Of a stretch of 64,000 bases of DNA, positions 1 through 10,072 are shown one piece after another (position 1 is the stretch's first letter; each line of letters begins with the position of its first letter). Under the pieces are notes generated by a model that worked only from the letters and a program-made list of their open reading frames with translations, was not told where the DNA came from and searched no databases. The position numbers and the translations under genes are program-made. The stretch comes from Escherichia coli (lineage in GTDB: Bacteria; Pseudomonadota; Gammaproteobacteria; Enterobacterales; Enterobacteriaceae). The stretch lies in assembly GCF_041248615.1 (NCBI RefSeq), contig NZ_CP158426.1. One strand, given 5' to 3'.

Positions 1-654
<654 letters not shown>

Positions 655-687
655 TTAGCGGGGGAAGCAAAATGCCTCCCCCGGTTG

Positions 688-705
688 TACTCGCTAAAGA
701 GTACG
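688..705. promoter_or_regulatory. TrpR autoregulatory operator (GTACTCGCTAAAGAGTAC palindrome) upstream of trpR
   Basis: Near-perfect inverted repeat GTACTC-N6-GAGTAC located in trpR 5' region; matches known trp-type operator half sites. Confidence 0.6.
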
Positions 706-728
706 ATAGCATATCATAAACGTGCGGA

Positions 729-2666
729 TCAGTAACGACGTCCCCATTCCGTGGCGCTCATCAATGTCGGTTTATCCCCCATGAAATAGCGGTAGTAAGC
801 GTCATAAGCCAGCACGTTCTTCACATAACCGCGCGTCTCGGAGAACGGAATACTCTCGACAAATGCCACTGCGTCGATACGCCCGGCGCTGTTGCCAAGC
901 CAGGTTCGCACCCGCCCTGGTCCGGCGTTATAAGCTGCTGAGGAGAAAATACGGTTATTACCAAACTGCTGATAAACATATTGCAGGTAACTGGTGCCAA
1001 TGTTGATGTTCGTTTCCGGATCCAGCAATTGTCCTGGGCTGCTATAACCAGGAATAGAGAACATCTTCACCGTATGGGTCGCCGTGCCCGGCATAATCTG
1101 CATCAGGCCGCTGGCCCCTACCGGCGATTTCACTTTCGGATTCCAGGCACTCTCCTGACGGGCAATCGCCATCGCATAGCTTTGCGGGATCTCCTTCCCA
1201 CTGGTGTAACGTTTGAAAAGATCGTTGTAGGCCAGCGGGAATCGTTCTTCCAGATGATCCCACAGCTTCCCGGCGATCGTTGCCTGAACGCTAAGATCCC
1301 ACCATTGGTTATTGAAAGCATACCGAGCCAGTTGCGCCTGCTCTGTTTTTGACTTGCTCTTCACCAGATTGGCCCACTCGCTACGCGCGGTGTTATCGAG
1401 ATTCCAGTACATCAACTCGCGCACGCGCGCCATCTCCGGCCCCTGAGTCAGGGCGCTGTCAACATTCTGCGGCGCTTTATCAATCTTCAGCTCATACTCT
1501 TCTCCGATGCGTTGTGCTGCAACCATCGGGTAGAAACCACGCTGTTGCATGAGTTGATGCAAAATCTCTTTCGCTTCAGCTTCACGTCCGCGTTCCAGCA
1601 GTAAATCCGCCTGCCAGTAACGCCATTCATCTTTCTCTTTCGCCTCCATCGGCAAACGCGCCAGCCAGGTATTCAGGCCGCGACGATCGCCGGTGCCAAG
1701 CGCCATTCGCACACGGCGTTCAATAAGCGAAGTAGATTGCGAACGCATAATGGCGTCATCACGCCATTTCGCCTGTTCGTCGGTGACATCGTTGCCCATC
1801 AAACGCCAGGCGACGATATCGCGCAGCTCCTGAATCTGATCTTCATTAAGCTGCTGCGCCTGGGCAAGCGACGGAATCATCAGCCGTGCATTTTCAGCAT
1901 CCTGCCGCGCCACACTGGCAAACGCCACCGCCGCCATTTGACGGGTAAAATCGGTCGCTCCGGTTGTACGCGCGAAGGTCAGTACCGTATTAGGATTGTT
2001 CGCCAGTGAAATAATTGCCGAAGCGATAGTCTGGTAATCGGCAGGCATCTGCCCTGCCAGCACTGTTACCAGGCCAGTGTTACCCGCTTTCATCGCCAGA
2101 CGGATACGCTCTAAATACGCCAGCGGATCTTGTTTACCTGACGCACGCCAGACGCTAAATAACTTGTCACAGGCGTTAGGCTGGCTCTTGCCGGTTAGCC
2201 ACAGCTCTTTCGCCCCTTGCCAGGCTTCTTCACTCTGCCCGGTGTTCCATTTTGCATAGTAGTAATTACATTGCGCTTCGGTAGTTCCGGGCTTTTCCGG
2301 GCTAAAGGCTAACAAGCCACGCCAGTCTTCACGCCGCGCCAGTTCATTGACGAAACGAGATTGCAGCGTGCGAGCGGGAGGAAGCGTGGGGTTAGCGCGA
2401 ACAAAGTTAGTGACCGTCACCGCCGGTTGATTCATCAGATCATCGGTGATCTGGCGGTATTCCAGGTAGGGATAAAGCGGATAATCTTTCAGTCCAGGCA
2501 TCATTTGTTCGACCACATCCATTTGTCGATTATCCCAGGCCTGCTTGATTTGGGCGTAGCGGCTACGCTGCTCATCCAGTGAGTCGGCTCGCGCCACGCT
2601 GCTGACCGTCAGCAGACAGACACCGGCAGCCAACAGCCGCCAGGTAACGTGTTTGGCTTTTTCCAC
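729..2666 (-). CDS. slt: Soluble lytic murein transglycosylase Slt70 (GTG start inferred; six-frame ORF extends to 2696)
   Basis: 645 aa from VEKAKHVTWRLLAAGVCLL signal peptide to C-terminal SLT domain; matches Slt as recalled. Confidence 0.93.
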   Translation of the reverse strand: MEKAKHVTWRLLAAGVCLLTVSSVARADSLDEQRSRYAQIKQAWDNRQMDVVEQMMPGLKDYPLYPYLEYRQITDDLMNQPAVTVTNFVRANPTLPPARTLQSRFVNELARREDWRGLLAFSPEKPGTTEAQCNYYYAKWNTGQSEEAWQGAKELWLTGKSQPNACDKLFSVWRASGKQDPLAYLERIRLAMKAGNTGLVTVLAGQMPADYQTIASAIISLANNPNTVLTFARTTGATDFTRQMAAVAFASVARQDAENARLMIPSLAQAQQLNEDQIQELRDIVAWRLMGNDVTDEQAKWRDDAIMRSQSTSLIERRVRMALGTGDRRGLNTWLARLPMEAKEKDEWRYWQADLLLERGREAEAKEILHQLMQQRGFYPMVAAQRIGEEYELKIDKAPQNVDSALTQGPEMARVRELMYWNLDNTARSEWANLVKSKSKTEQAQLARYAFNNQWWDLSVQATIAGKLWDHLEERFPLAYNDLFKRYTSGKEIPQSYAMAIARQESAWNPKVKSPVGASGLMQIMPGTATHTVKMFSIPGYSSPGQLLDPETNINIGTSYLQYVYQQFGNNRIFSSAAYNAGPGRVRTWLGNSAGRIDAVAFVESIPFSETRGYVKNVLAYDAYYRYFMGDKPTLMSATEWGRRY

Positions 2667-2876
2667 AAGCGCATCCTCTAAGTGTAAATACATCAATGCA
2701 GCGTCATGCCGCGTAATAGATTTATGCTAACCAGTCATTGACGTTTACGCCACGTTACGGACACTTTTTTACTTTTATCGGGAGGGTGATCGACCGGCTG
2801 GGATTAGATAAGGAAACAGGCTACACTTCGCCTTTGAAAACTCATCATCACGATAAACATAGAGGCGAAGTCCAAC

Positions 2877-4544
2877 GTGGCTCAATTCGTTTATACCATG
2901 CATCGTGTCGGCAAAGTTGTTCCGCCGAAACGTCATATTTTGAAAAACATCTCTCTGAGTTTCTTCCCTGGGGCAAAAATTGGTGTCCTGGGTCTGAACG
3001 GCGCGGGTAAGTCCACCCTGCTGCGCATTATGGCGGGCATTGATAAAGACATCGAAGGCGAAGCGCGTCCGCAACCGGATATCAAGATTGGTTATCTGCC
3101 GCAGGAACCGCAGCTGAACCCGGAACACACCGTGCGTGAGTCCATTGAAGAAGCGGTTTCTGAAGTGGTTAACGCCCTGAAACGCCTGGATGAAGTGTAT
3201 GCGCTGTACGCCGATCCGGATGCCGATTTTGACAAGCTGGCCGCTGAACAAGGCCGTCTGGAAGAGATCATTCAGGCTCACGACGGTCACAACCTGAACG
3301 TTCAGCTGGAGCGTGCAGCGGATGCGCTGCGTCTGCCGGACTGGGACGCGAAAATCGCTAACCTCTCCGGTGGTGAGCGTCGTCGCGTAGCGTTGTGCCG
3401 CCTGCTGCTGGAAAAACCAGACATGCTGCTGCTCGACGAACCGACCAACCACCTGGATGCCGAATCCGTGGCCTGGCTGGAACGCTTCCTGCACGACTTC
3501 GAGGGCACCGTGGTGGCGATTACCCACGACCGTTACTTCCTCGATAACGTTGCAGGCTGGATCCTCGAACTGGACCGCGGTGAAGGTATTCCGTGGGAAG
3601 GCAACTACTCCTCCTGGCTGGAGCAGAAAGATCAGCGCCTGGCGCAGGAAGCTTCACAAGAAGCTGCGCGTCGTAAGTCGATTGAGAAAGAGCTGGAGTG
3701 GGTACGTCAAGGTACTAAAGGCCGTCAGTCGAAAGGTAAAGCACGTCTGGCGCGTTTTGAAGAGCTGAACAGCACCGAATATCAGAAACGTAACGAAACC
3801 AACGAACTGTTTATTCCACCGGGACCGCGTCTTGGCGACAAAGTGCTGGAAGTCAGCAATCTGCGTAAATCCTATGGCGATCGTCTGCTGATTGATGACC
3901 TGAGCTTCTCGATCCCGAAAGGAGCGATCGTCGGGATCATCGGTCCGAACGGTGCGGGTAAATCGACGCTGTTCCGTATGATCTCTGGTCAGGAACAGCC
4001 GGACAGCGGCACCATCACTTTGGGTGAAACGGTGAAACTGGCATCGGTTGATCAGTTCCGTGACTCAATGGATAACAGCAAAACCGTTTGGGAAGAAGTT
4101 TCCGGCGGGCTGGATATCATGAAGATCGGCAACACCGAGATGCCAAGCCGTGCCTACGTTGGCCGCTTTAACTTTAAAGGGGTTGATCAGGGTAAACGCG
4201 TTGGCGAACTCTCCGGCGGTGAGCGCGGTCGTCTGCATCTGGCGAAGCTGCTGCAGGTTGGCGGCAACATGCTGCTGCTCGACGAACCAACCAACGACCT
4301 GGATATCGAAACCCTGCGCGCGCTGGAAAACGCCCTGCTGGAGTTCCCGGGCTGTGCGATGGTTATCTCGCACGACCGTTGGTTCCTCGACCGTATCGCC
4401 ACGCACATCCTGGACTACCAGGATGAAGGTAAAGTTGAGTTCTTCGAAGGTAACTTTACCGAGTACGAAGAGTACAAAAAACGCACGCTGGGCGCAGACG
4501 CGCTGGAGCCGAAGCGTATCAAGTACAAGCGTATTGCGAAGTAA
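2877..4544 (+). CDS. ettA: Energy-dependent translational throttle protein EttA (ABC-F ATPase)
   Basis: 555 aa, two ABC cassettes (GLNGAGKST and GPNGAGKST Walker A, LSGGE signatures). Confidence 0.95.
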   Translation: MAQFVYTMHRVGKVVPPKRHILKNISLSFFPGAKIGVLGLNGAGKSTLLRIMAGIDKDIEGEARPQPDIKIGYLPQEPQLNPEHTVRESIEEAVSEVVNALKRLDEVYALYADPDADFDKLAAEQGRLEEIIQAHDGHNLNVQLERAADALRLPDWDAKIANLSGGERRRVALCRLLLEKPDMLLLDEPTNHLDAESVAWLERFLHDFEGTVVAITHDRYFLDNVAGWILELDRGEGIPWEGNYSSWLEQKDQRLAQEASQEAARRKSIEKELEWVRQGTKGRQSKGKARLARFEELNSTEYQKRNETNELFIPPGPRLGDKVLEVSNLRKSYGDRLLIDDLSFSIPKGAIVGIIGPNGAGKSTLFRMISGQEQPDSGTITLGETVKLASVDQFRDSMDNSKTVWEEVSGGLDIMKIGNTEMPSRAYVGRFNFKGVDQGKRVGELSGGERGRLHLAKLLQVGGNMLLLDEPTNDLDIETLRALENALLEFPGCAMVISHDRWFLDRIATHILDYQDEGKVEFFEGNFTEYEEYKKRTLGADALEPKRIKYKRIAK

Positions 4545-4668
4545 TGCGTAAAATGCCGGGTGCGGCGCGCCAGCATCGCATCCGGTATTAGTTAAATGAT
4601 TAGTCCCCGGAAAAAGGCAGAATTTTCTTTAAGCGTATTAGCTCAGATGCGGACTGACACCTCAAATC

Positions 4669-4693
4669 AAGCGGGAACTCATGGTTCCCGCTT
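4669..4693. terminator. Bidirectional hairpin terminator between convergent ettA and LysR-type gene
   Basis: Perfect 10 bp stem AAGCGGGAAC/GTTCCCGCTT with 5 nt loop, followed by T-rich run. Confidence 0.55.
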
Positions 4694-4699
4694 AACGTT

Positions 4700-5587
4700 T
4701 TATTCACCGCGCAGGATCTGGCGGAAATGGGAAACCAGCGGACGTTGGTTGGCTTTATGCCAGGCTGCCCATAATTGCGTTGAATAATTCATCCACGGCA
4801 ATTCACGTAATACCACCCCTTCCGGCGCATTATGACGCAGACTATGTTGAATTAAGGCCAGACCTAATCCCGCAGCGACCAAACCTAATGCCGTGAGGGG
4901 TTCACCCGCTTCCAGGCGAATATCAGGATTAAACCCGGCGTTAACACAGGCGGCGACAAAATGATCGCGAGAATGCGCATCGTCGTTATGAATCACCGCA
5001 ATCCACTGCTCATCACCAAGTTGTGACGCGACAAGGTTTTCCTCCTGCGCCAGAGGATGATTTTGCGGTAAGGCCAACAACATTCGATCATCCAGAACCT
5101 GAATATATTCCAGATCCTGCTCGCTGTCGGTGGGCGGCGTATCGACCAGAGAAAAATCGAGACTGCGCTGGCGCAGGCCTTCAATCTGGGTCGCCGGTGG
5201 TTGGCTGTAAAGTGCGATATGCACATTCGGACGCGATACACGTAACGTACGTAGCGCCGTAGAAAGCACACCGGAATGCATGGCGTTTTCGATATAGCCA
5301 ATACACAAGCCACCATCTTCCCCCCGTCCCAGGCGTTTGCCTAACGACTCCAGGCGGTTGGCGTGTGTCAGCAACGAACGTGTTTCGGCAAGGAATGTCT
5401 GTCCATCAGCGGTCAGGCGAATGCGCTGCTGATTACGCTCAAACAGCGTCAGCCCCAGCCGTTCTTCCAGTTGTGCAATCTGGCGGCTCAGCGGTGATTG
5501 CGAGATATGTAATCGCTCGGCTGCGCGTCCCACGTGCTCTTCTTCTGCGACCACCACGAAGTACTTCAGTTGGCGTAAATCAATCAT
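4700..5587 (-). CDS. LysR-family transcriptional regulator (start at MIDLRQLKYF; ORF track extends to 5680)
   Basis: N-terminal LysR HTH (QLKYFVVVAEEEHVGRAAERLHISQSPLSRQI) plus substrate-binding domain; divergent from reductase operon. Confidence 0.8.
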   Translation of the reverse strand: MIDLRQLKYFVVVAEEEHVGRAAERLHISQSPLSRQIAQLEERLGLTLFERNQQRIRLTADGQTFLAETRSLLTHANRLESLGKRLGRGEDGGLCIGYIENAMHSGVLSTALRTLRVSRPNVHIALYSQPPATQIEGLRQRSLDFSLVDTPPTDSEQDLEYIQVLDDRMLLALPQNHPLAQEENLVASQLGDEQWIAVIHNDDAHSRDHFVAACVNAGFNPDIRLEAGEPLTALGLVAAGLGLALIQHSLRHNAPEGVVLRELPWMNYSTQLWAAWHKANQRPLVSHFRQILRGE

Positions 5588-5720
5588 GTTAGACCTCAAA
5601 GGACTTAAGTCAGACGAATTATGTCCTATCAAGTCACAACCTCGCAAGGTATTGTGATCCACGTCACAGGGCGATAGCAAAAAAACGCCCTAACCCAAAC
5701 CGAATAATTGAGGACATCTT

Positions 5721-6731
5721 ATGAGCATCAAAAATTTACTTCCCGGCAAAATTGGCTTAGGTGGCGCACCACTCGGCAACATGTTCCGTGCCATTCCGGA
5801 AGACGAGGCCCACGCCACCGTGAGCGAAGCCTGGAACCTGGGCGTGCGTTACTTTGATACCGCGCCGCTGTACGGCTCTGGCCTTTCTGAAATCCGCATG
5901 GGTGAAGCGCTGTCTCAGTATCCACGCGATGAATACGTTCTGAGCAGCAAAGTCGGTCGCATCATGCTGGACGAAATGGAAGATCCGGCAAAACGTGATT
6001 TCGGTGAAAAAGGTGGCCTGTTCGAACACGGCCTGAAAAACAAAATTCTGAATGACTACTCTGCTGACGCCACGCTGCGCTCGATTGAAGACAGCCTGAA
6101 ACGCCTGAAAACAGACCGTCTGGATATTGTCTGGATCCATGACCCGGCGCAGGACTTCTACGGTGACAGCTGGCTGGAACAGTTCAACATTGCCCGTACC
6201 GGTGCGTTTCGTGCGCTGACGCGTTTGCGTGACGAAGGTGTGATTAAAGCCTGGGGACTGGGTGTGAATCGCGTCGAACCTTGCGAACTGACGCTGGCGC
6301 TGGACGAACCGAAGCCGGATGCGTTCCTGCTGGCGGGGCGTTATTCCCTGCTGGATCACGAACGTGCGCTGCAACGCCTGATGCCAGAAGCACTGGAACA
6401 GAACGTGGATATCGTTGTGGGCGGTCCGTACAGCTCTGGCGTACTGGCAGGCGGCGAGCACTTTGAATATCAGATAGCTTCTGCGGCCATCCAGCAGAAA
6501 GTGGCGCAAATTAACACCATTGCCACACGTTTCAATGTGAACGTTAAAGCAGCTGCGCTGCAGTTCGCGCTGGCAAACCCGGCCGTTGCGGCGGTTATTC
6601 CTGGCTCCAGCCGTCCTGGCCGTATGGCAGAAGATCTGGCTGCACTGAATGCGCCTGTTCCGGCTGAATTCTGGGCAGAAATGCGCCGTCAAAATCTGGT
6701 TGCGGAAAACGCTCCGCTGCCGACCCGTTAA
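5721..6731 (+). CDS. Aldo-keto reductase family oxidoreductase
   Basis: 336 aa, AKR hallmarks (GLGGAPLGNMF, YFDTAPLYG, IPGSSRP); good RBS. Confidence 0.85.
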   Translation: MSIKNLLPGKIGLGGAPLGNMFRAIPEDEAHATVSEAWNLGVRYFDTAPLYGSGLSEIRMGEALSQYPRDEYVLSSKVGRIMLDEMEDPAKRDFGEKGGLFEHGLKNKILNDYSADATLRSIEDSLKRLKTDRLDIVWIHDPAQDFYGDSWLEQFNIARTGAFRALTRLRDEGVIKAWGLGVNRVEPCELTLALDEPKPDAFLLAGRYSLLDHERALQRLMPEALEQNVDIVVGGPYSSGVLAGGEHFEYQIASAAIQQKVAQINTIATRFNVNVKAAALQFALANPAVAAVIPGSSRPGRMAEDLAALNAPVPAEFWAEMRRQNLVAENAPLPTR

Positions 6732-6750
6732 TCAACCTGGTGAGAAAACG

Positions 6751-7548
6751 ATGAAACTGGATCTGACAGGTAAAGTCGCGGTGGTCAGCGGCTCAACCTC
6801 CGGCATTGGGCAGGGTATCGCCGCCGGACTGGCAAAAGCAGGCGCAACGGTGGTTGTCGTCGGCCGTAAACAGCGCGGCGTTGATGACGCCATGGCAGCG
6901 ATTGCGACACAAACTCCCACGGCGTCACTGCGTGGCGTGGTGGCCGATCTCAGCACCGAAGACGGCGTGGCTGCGCTGATCGCTGCAGTCCCAACGGCTG
7001 ATGTGCTGGTCAATAATCTGGGCATTTTCAACGATAAAGATTTCTTTAGCGTTCCGGATGATGAGTGGATGCAATTCTATAACGTCAACGTCCTTTCCGG
7101 CGTTCGTCTGGCGCGTCACTATGCGCCAGGCATGACGGAACAGGGCTGGGGGCGGATTATCTTTGTCTCGTCCGAATCCGGCGTGGCAATCCCTGGCGAC
7201 ATGATCAACTACGGCGTCACCAAAGCCGCGAATCTGGCGGTCTCTCATGGTCTGGCGAAACGACTGGCGGGGACCGGTGTGACCGTCAACGCCATTCTGC
7301 CAGGGCCAACCTTTACCGATGGCCTGAAAGAGATGCTGGCGGATGCCGCTGCACAATCGGGACGCAGTGCGCGTGAACAGGCCGATGAGTTTGTTAAAAC
7401 CTCGCGTCCGAGCTCCATCATCCAGCGTGCGGCGGATGTGGAAGAAGTGGCGAATCTGGCGGTTTATCTCGCGTCACCGCTTTCCTCGGCAACCACAGGG
7501 GCAGCCCTGCGCGTCGATGGCGGCGTCGTCGACACCCTGACAATGTAA
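6751..7548 (+). CDS. Short-chain dehydrogenase/reductase (SDR) family oxidoreductase
   Basis: Start MKLDLTGKVAVVSGSTSGIG (Rossmann TGxxxGxG); 265 aa; immediately downstream of AKR gene. Confidence 0.85.
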   Translation: MKLDLTGKVAVVSGSTSGIGQGIAAGLAKAGATVVVVGRKQRGVDDAMAAIATQTPTASLRGVVADLSTEDGVAALIAAVPTADVLVNNLGIFNDKDFFSVPDDEWMQFYNVNVLSGVRLARHYAPGMTEQGWGRIIFVSSESGVAIPGDMINYGVTKAANLAVSHGLAKRLAGTGVTVNAILPGPTFTDGLKEMLADAAAQSGRSAREQADEFVKTSRPSSIIQRAADVEEVANLAVYLASPLSSATTGAALRVDGGVVDTLTM

Positions 7549-7573
7549 CCCTATAAATTAAGAGAAAATTATC

Positions 7574-7990
7574 ATGGCTAAAACAACTGTATCGATCGAA
7601 ATTCCGGCTTCTGCCGACGCCGTATGGCAATTGATGGGCGGCTTTGATGCGCTGCCAGACTGGCTGCCGTTCATCCCGAAAAGCGTAGTGACAGAAGGCG
7701 GTCGCGTTCGTTCGCTGACAACCTCTGACGGCGGCACTGTGGTTGAACGTCTGGAAGCGTTTGATAACCGTCAACGCAGTTATACCTATTCCATTATTCA
7801 GGCACCGTTCCCGGTGGTGGATTACCTCTCCACCATTACCGTTCATGAAACCGCCGACAGCCAGGTTTCCCGTGTGGAATGGTTCGGTGAATTCACCCCG
7901 GTGAATGTGACGAACGAAGAGGCCGAAGCGCTGTTTACCGGCATCTATCGGGATGGTCTCAAGGCGCTGAAGGACAACTTTGTTGCCTGA
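7574..7990 (+). CDS. SRPBCC (Bet v1-like / polyketide cyclase-like) family protein
   Basis: 138 aa ORF third in the AKR-SDR operon; family assignment by general sequence character only. Confidence 0.6.
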   Translation: MAKTTVSIEIPASADAVWQLMGGFDALPDWLPFIPKSVVTEGGRVRSLTTSDGGTVVERLEAFDNRQRSYTYSIIQAPFPVVDYLSTITVHETADSQVSRVEWFGEFTPVNVTNEEAEALFTGIYRDGLKALKDNFVA

Positions 7991-8147
7991 TGCGATCGAC
8001 AGGCGTCGGAACGTCCGGCGTCTGATTATTAACAAAAACAGAATAGTCTATTGTCATTTGTATCATTTATGTTATCAGGCAGCAGGCGTATTCTCTTCCC
8101 ATCGCGTTAATAAACGCCAAACAATTAAGACACTCTGGAATATAAAC

Positions 8148-8360
8148 ATGAAAACGATCATCGCAATTTTTACAGCTTCTCTTTTCTCTGTCGCGGCGTT
8201 TAACGCATCGGCGCAAAGCGTAACAGCAACCGGTACAACACTGGATTCTGCGGAAGCAGTTATTGCGCAGAAAGCGAAAGAGATGAACGCCTCTGAATAC
8301 AAAATCACCAGCGCTCGCATGGGCAATACCGTCACCATGAGTGCCGAACTGTACAAATAA
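8148..8360 (+). CDS. DUF1471 (YdgH/BhsA/McbA-like) small periplasmic protein
   Basis: 70 aa with signal peptide MKTIIAIFTASLFSVAAFNASA and typical C-terminal SARMGNTVTMSAELYK. Confidence 0.7.
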   Translation: MKTIIAIFTASLFSVAAFNASAQSVTATGTTLDSAEAVIAQKAKEMNASEYKITSARMGNTVTMSAELYK

Positions 8361-8408
8361 CCGCGCAAGGGACCCATTACGTAATTTGCTAAATATGCGC
8401 TGAATGCG

Positions 8409-8594
8409 TTGCCATTAAAAAACCGTATTGTAATGCCACCGATGACACGTTCCCGTGCGGGTGACGTTACGACTGACATGATGGCGGACTATTACGCGCA
8501 GCGCGCCAGTGCAGGACTTATCATCAGCGAAGGTACGCAAATCAGCAGAAGCGCTGCGCATAATTTTCCACGGCACGCTGATTTACTCCGGTAA
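8409..8594 (+). pseudogene. Remnant of old-yellow-enzyme/NemA-like alkene reductase (5' fragment only)
   Basis: PLKNRIVMPPMTRSRAGD...YYAQRASAGLIISEGTQIS resembles OYE N-terminus, then diverges and stops after 61 codons. Confidence 0.5.
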
Positions 8595-8819
8595 ATACAC
8601 CAAAGCGCGCGCCGAAGCAGACTGTCAGATTTGATTGCATTCTGGCTACGCAACCGGTCGGTTGGAGTATGAAGTTGCTCACGAATAGCCTTAGCATCCG
8701 CAATTTCGTAGCGGGTCACCCGTACAGGTTCTTTCTAATCTCGACAGTCTCTTCCAGAGAGGTTTTCAACTCATCAAAAAACTTATTTTATACCTCGCCT
8801 TTGAGCCGTTTCGTCACGG

Positions 8820-10052
8820 TTATCTCTGCTCCCCCATCATCTCCCGCACTAGCTCCACGCAGCGCAGGAAACGGCTGTCATAATCGTCCTCTTCAACCCG
8901 CACGAATTCGATATTGTTCTCTTCCAGCATCTCCACCAGCAAGTTCTGGAACTCTTTGCGATCCACCGAACTGCCGAGGCTGCGTAAACCATCCGCCACC
9001 CACGGCGTGTTGTTCTCCAGCAGGATCACCAGATCGAAACGGTATTCATCAATCAGCGCCTGCACGAACGGATGCTCACGCCCTTCGTACTTTTTGCAGA
9101 ACGCCTGGGTAGTGACAAAATCAGTGTCAATAAACGCCACTTTATTGGCGTATTTCACTGCAAAATCAATGTATTGAGCGTGGCCCAGCGCGATTTTATC
9201 GTAGTCGGAATACTGCAATGCAATCTCATCACCGCCGAGGTGTGAAAAGACATAATCGCGACCATATTCCCACGCACTGGTGGTATTGAAGATATTGGCA
9301 AGTTTGTTTACCAGGGTGGATTTACCGCTCGACTCGCCGCCAAGGATCGCCACGGTACGCACAAAGAACGGCTTCACTTCCGTAGGAATATATTCCCAGT
9401 AGCGGAACGGGTTTTCGCGGATCTGCGCACCGCTGATACTCATAAAGGTACGTTTCGGATCGACCAGTACCGTCTCGATCCCCAGATGTTCCATATACTG
9501 TGGCGCATCGGCTTCTTCCGAGGTGTAGATCAGGTCCGGCTGGATCCCCTTTTCAGCCATAAACTTTTTGATGCCGTTGCTCCACACATCCCAGCCGTGC
9601 GGATATGGCTCCATGCCCTCTTCGTTGAAAGCATGAATACGGATATTCTTCTGATATTTAAAGGTTTGCAATAACCAGCGCAGACGATCCGGCACCGTGG
9701 GCTGCTGCGACATGGCGCTGTCTTCAAACAACGCGCGGTCGCGGGTATCGTCAAAACCCATAATGATATGCAGCTCATCAACCTGGCTACAGGCGCGCTG
9801 GATAAGGTAGATATGTCCGGTATGCAGCGGGTAGAACTTACCGAATACGACACCAATGGTTTTCTTCTGCCGGGGAAATTCAAGCCCCAAAAAACGGTGC
9901 AATGCCTCCAGCTTTTGCGCGCTGGGGCTTTTAATTTTGGCATTCAGTAACTGGCTTAAATACCCTTTGGTCATACCGCTGGCATCAGCGACCTGCTGTA
10001 GCGTGCAGCCCTGTTGCTTGATGGCAGTTTTCAGGTAATCAAATGACGACAT
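8820..10052 (-). CDS. nadR: NadR: NMN adenylyltransferase / ribosylnicotinamide kinase / repressor
   Basis: 410 aa from MSSFDYLKTAIKQQG; HTH, NMNAT (GKFYPLHTGH) and kinase P-loop (GGESSGKST). Confidence 0.95.
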   Translation of the reverse strand: MSSFDYLKTAIKQQGCTLQQVADASGMTKGYLSQLLNAKIKSPSAQKLEALHRFLGLEFPRQKKTIGVVFGKFYPLHTGHIYLIQRACSQVDELHIIMGFDDTRDRALFEDSAMSQQPTVPDRLRWLLQTFKYQKNIRIHAFNEEGMEPYPHGWDVWSNGIKKFMAEKGIQPDLIYTSEEADAPQYMEHLGIETVLVDPKRTFMSISGAQIRENPFRYWEYIPTEVKPFFVRTVAILGGESSGKSTLVNKLANIFNTTSAWEYGRDYVFSHLGGDEIALQYSDYDKIALGHAQYIDFAVKYANKVAFIDTDFVTTQAFCKKYEGREHPFVQALIDEYRFDLVILLENNTPWVADGLRSLGSSVDRKEFQNLLVEMLEENNIEFVRVEEDDYDSRFLRCVELVREMMGEQR

Positions 10053-10072
10053 ATCTCCCTCCGTATCTCTCA

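Noticed and set aside
729-2696. Longer N-terminal extensions given by the ORF track for slt, radA, serB, deoD, deoA, deoC, osmY, prfC, nadR, yjjU, ytjA and the LysR gene
   Set aside because: Recalled protein N-termini and RBS positions support downstream starts (several GTG or TTG); the extended versions lack signal peptide logic or RBS
5757-6692. 311-aa minus-strand ORF fully inside the aldo-keto reductase gene; likewise 15633-16340, 16722-17621, 18203-18979, 24017-24709, 26062-26760, 41200-42603, 2775-3527, 11631-12251 and similar
   Set aside because: Antisense shadow ORFs of well-supported genes (high-GC codon bias keeps the opposite strand open); no RBS or independent support
8669-9112. 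147-aa plus-strand ORF spanning the nadR 3' end
   Set aside because: Overlaps the confidently identified nadR on the opposite strand; Pro/Ser-rich low-complexity translation
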